Positions 63,881-64,000 of a stretch of 64,000 bases of DNA are shown in pieces. The notes under the pieces are model-generated. The model had not been told where the DNA came from. It saw only the letters and a list, made by a program, of their open reading frames with translations, and did not search any database. Each line of letters starts with the position of its first letter. Position 1 is the stretch's first letter. Origin of the DNA: Felis catus (Eukaryota); assembly GCF_018350175.1 (NCBI RefSeq), contig NC_058368.1, positions 147,624,001-147,688,000 on the forward strand, written 5' to 3'. Made by a program: the position numbers and the translations under genes.

Positions 63881-64000
63881 AAAAAAAAAAAAAAAAAGCT
63901 TTTCGGTCCTAATGATTTTTTAAATTATCTGTTACAATGGACTAAAACATTAAACATAAAGCTTTTGTGTCCTTAGGGCTGGAAAAAGATTTCATGGTAA

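Noticed and set aside
1..64000. CRISPR arrays, operons or other prokaryotic systems
   Set aside because: The sequence is mammalian, repeat-dominated DNA with no regularly spaced repeats or long intact ORFs.

Overview
AT-rich mammalian genomic DNA, almost certainly from a cat (Felidae), judging by about 8 near-identical young Felis-type CanSINEs and felid-type L1 3' ends. I recognise no host protein-coding exon, RNA gene or CpG island, so the window looks intergenic or deep intronic. Nearly all ORF-track entries are translations of repeats. The first 14 kb is a nested stack. An ancient L1M is split by a near full-length carnivore L1 (2241-11256, with target-site duplications, TSDs). That L1 contains two SINEs, two young L1 3' fragments and a polyadenylated, TSD-flanked retrocopy of an endogenous retrovirus env/U3-R transcript (2871-3563) with a syncytin-1/HERV-W-like TM domain. 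This retrocopy is the most unusual item. Other notable structures are a 92-bp fold-back inverted duplication around a TA-rich microsatellite (48153-48526), three L1s with twin-priming 5' inversions, a 14-nt 3' transduction, a target site used twice, and a nested inverted SINE pair. I found no convincing novel gene system. Repeat subfamily names are recalled from memory and need RepeatMasker/Dfam confirmation. Boundaries without a quoted TSD are approximate.
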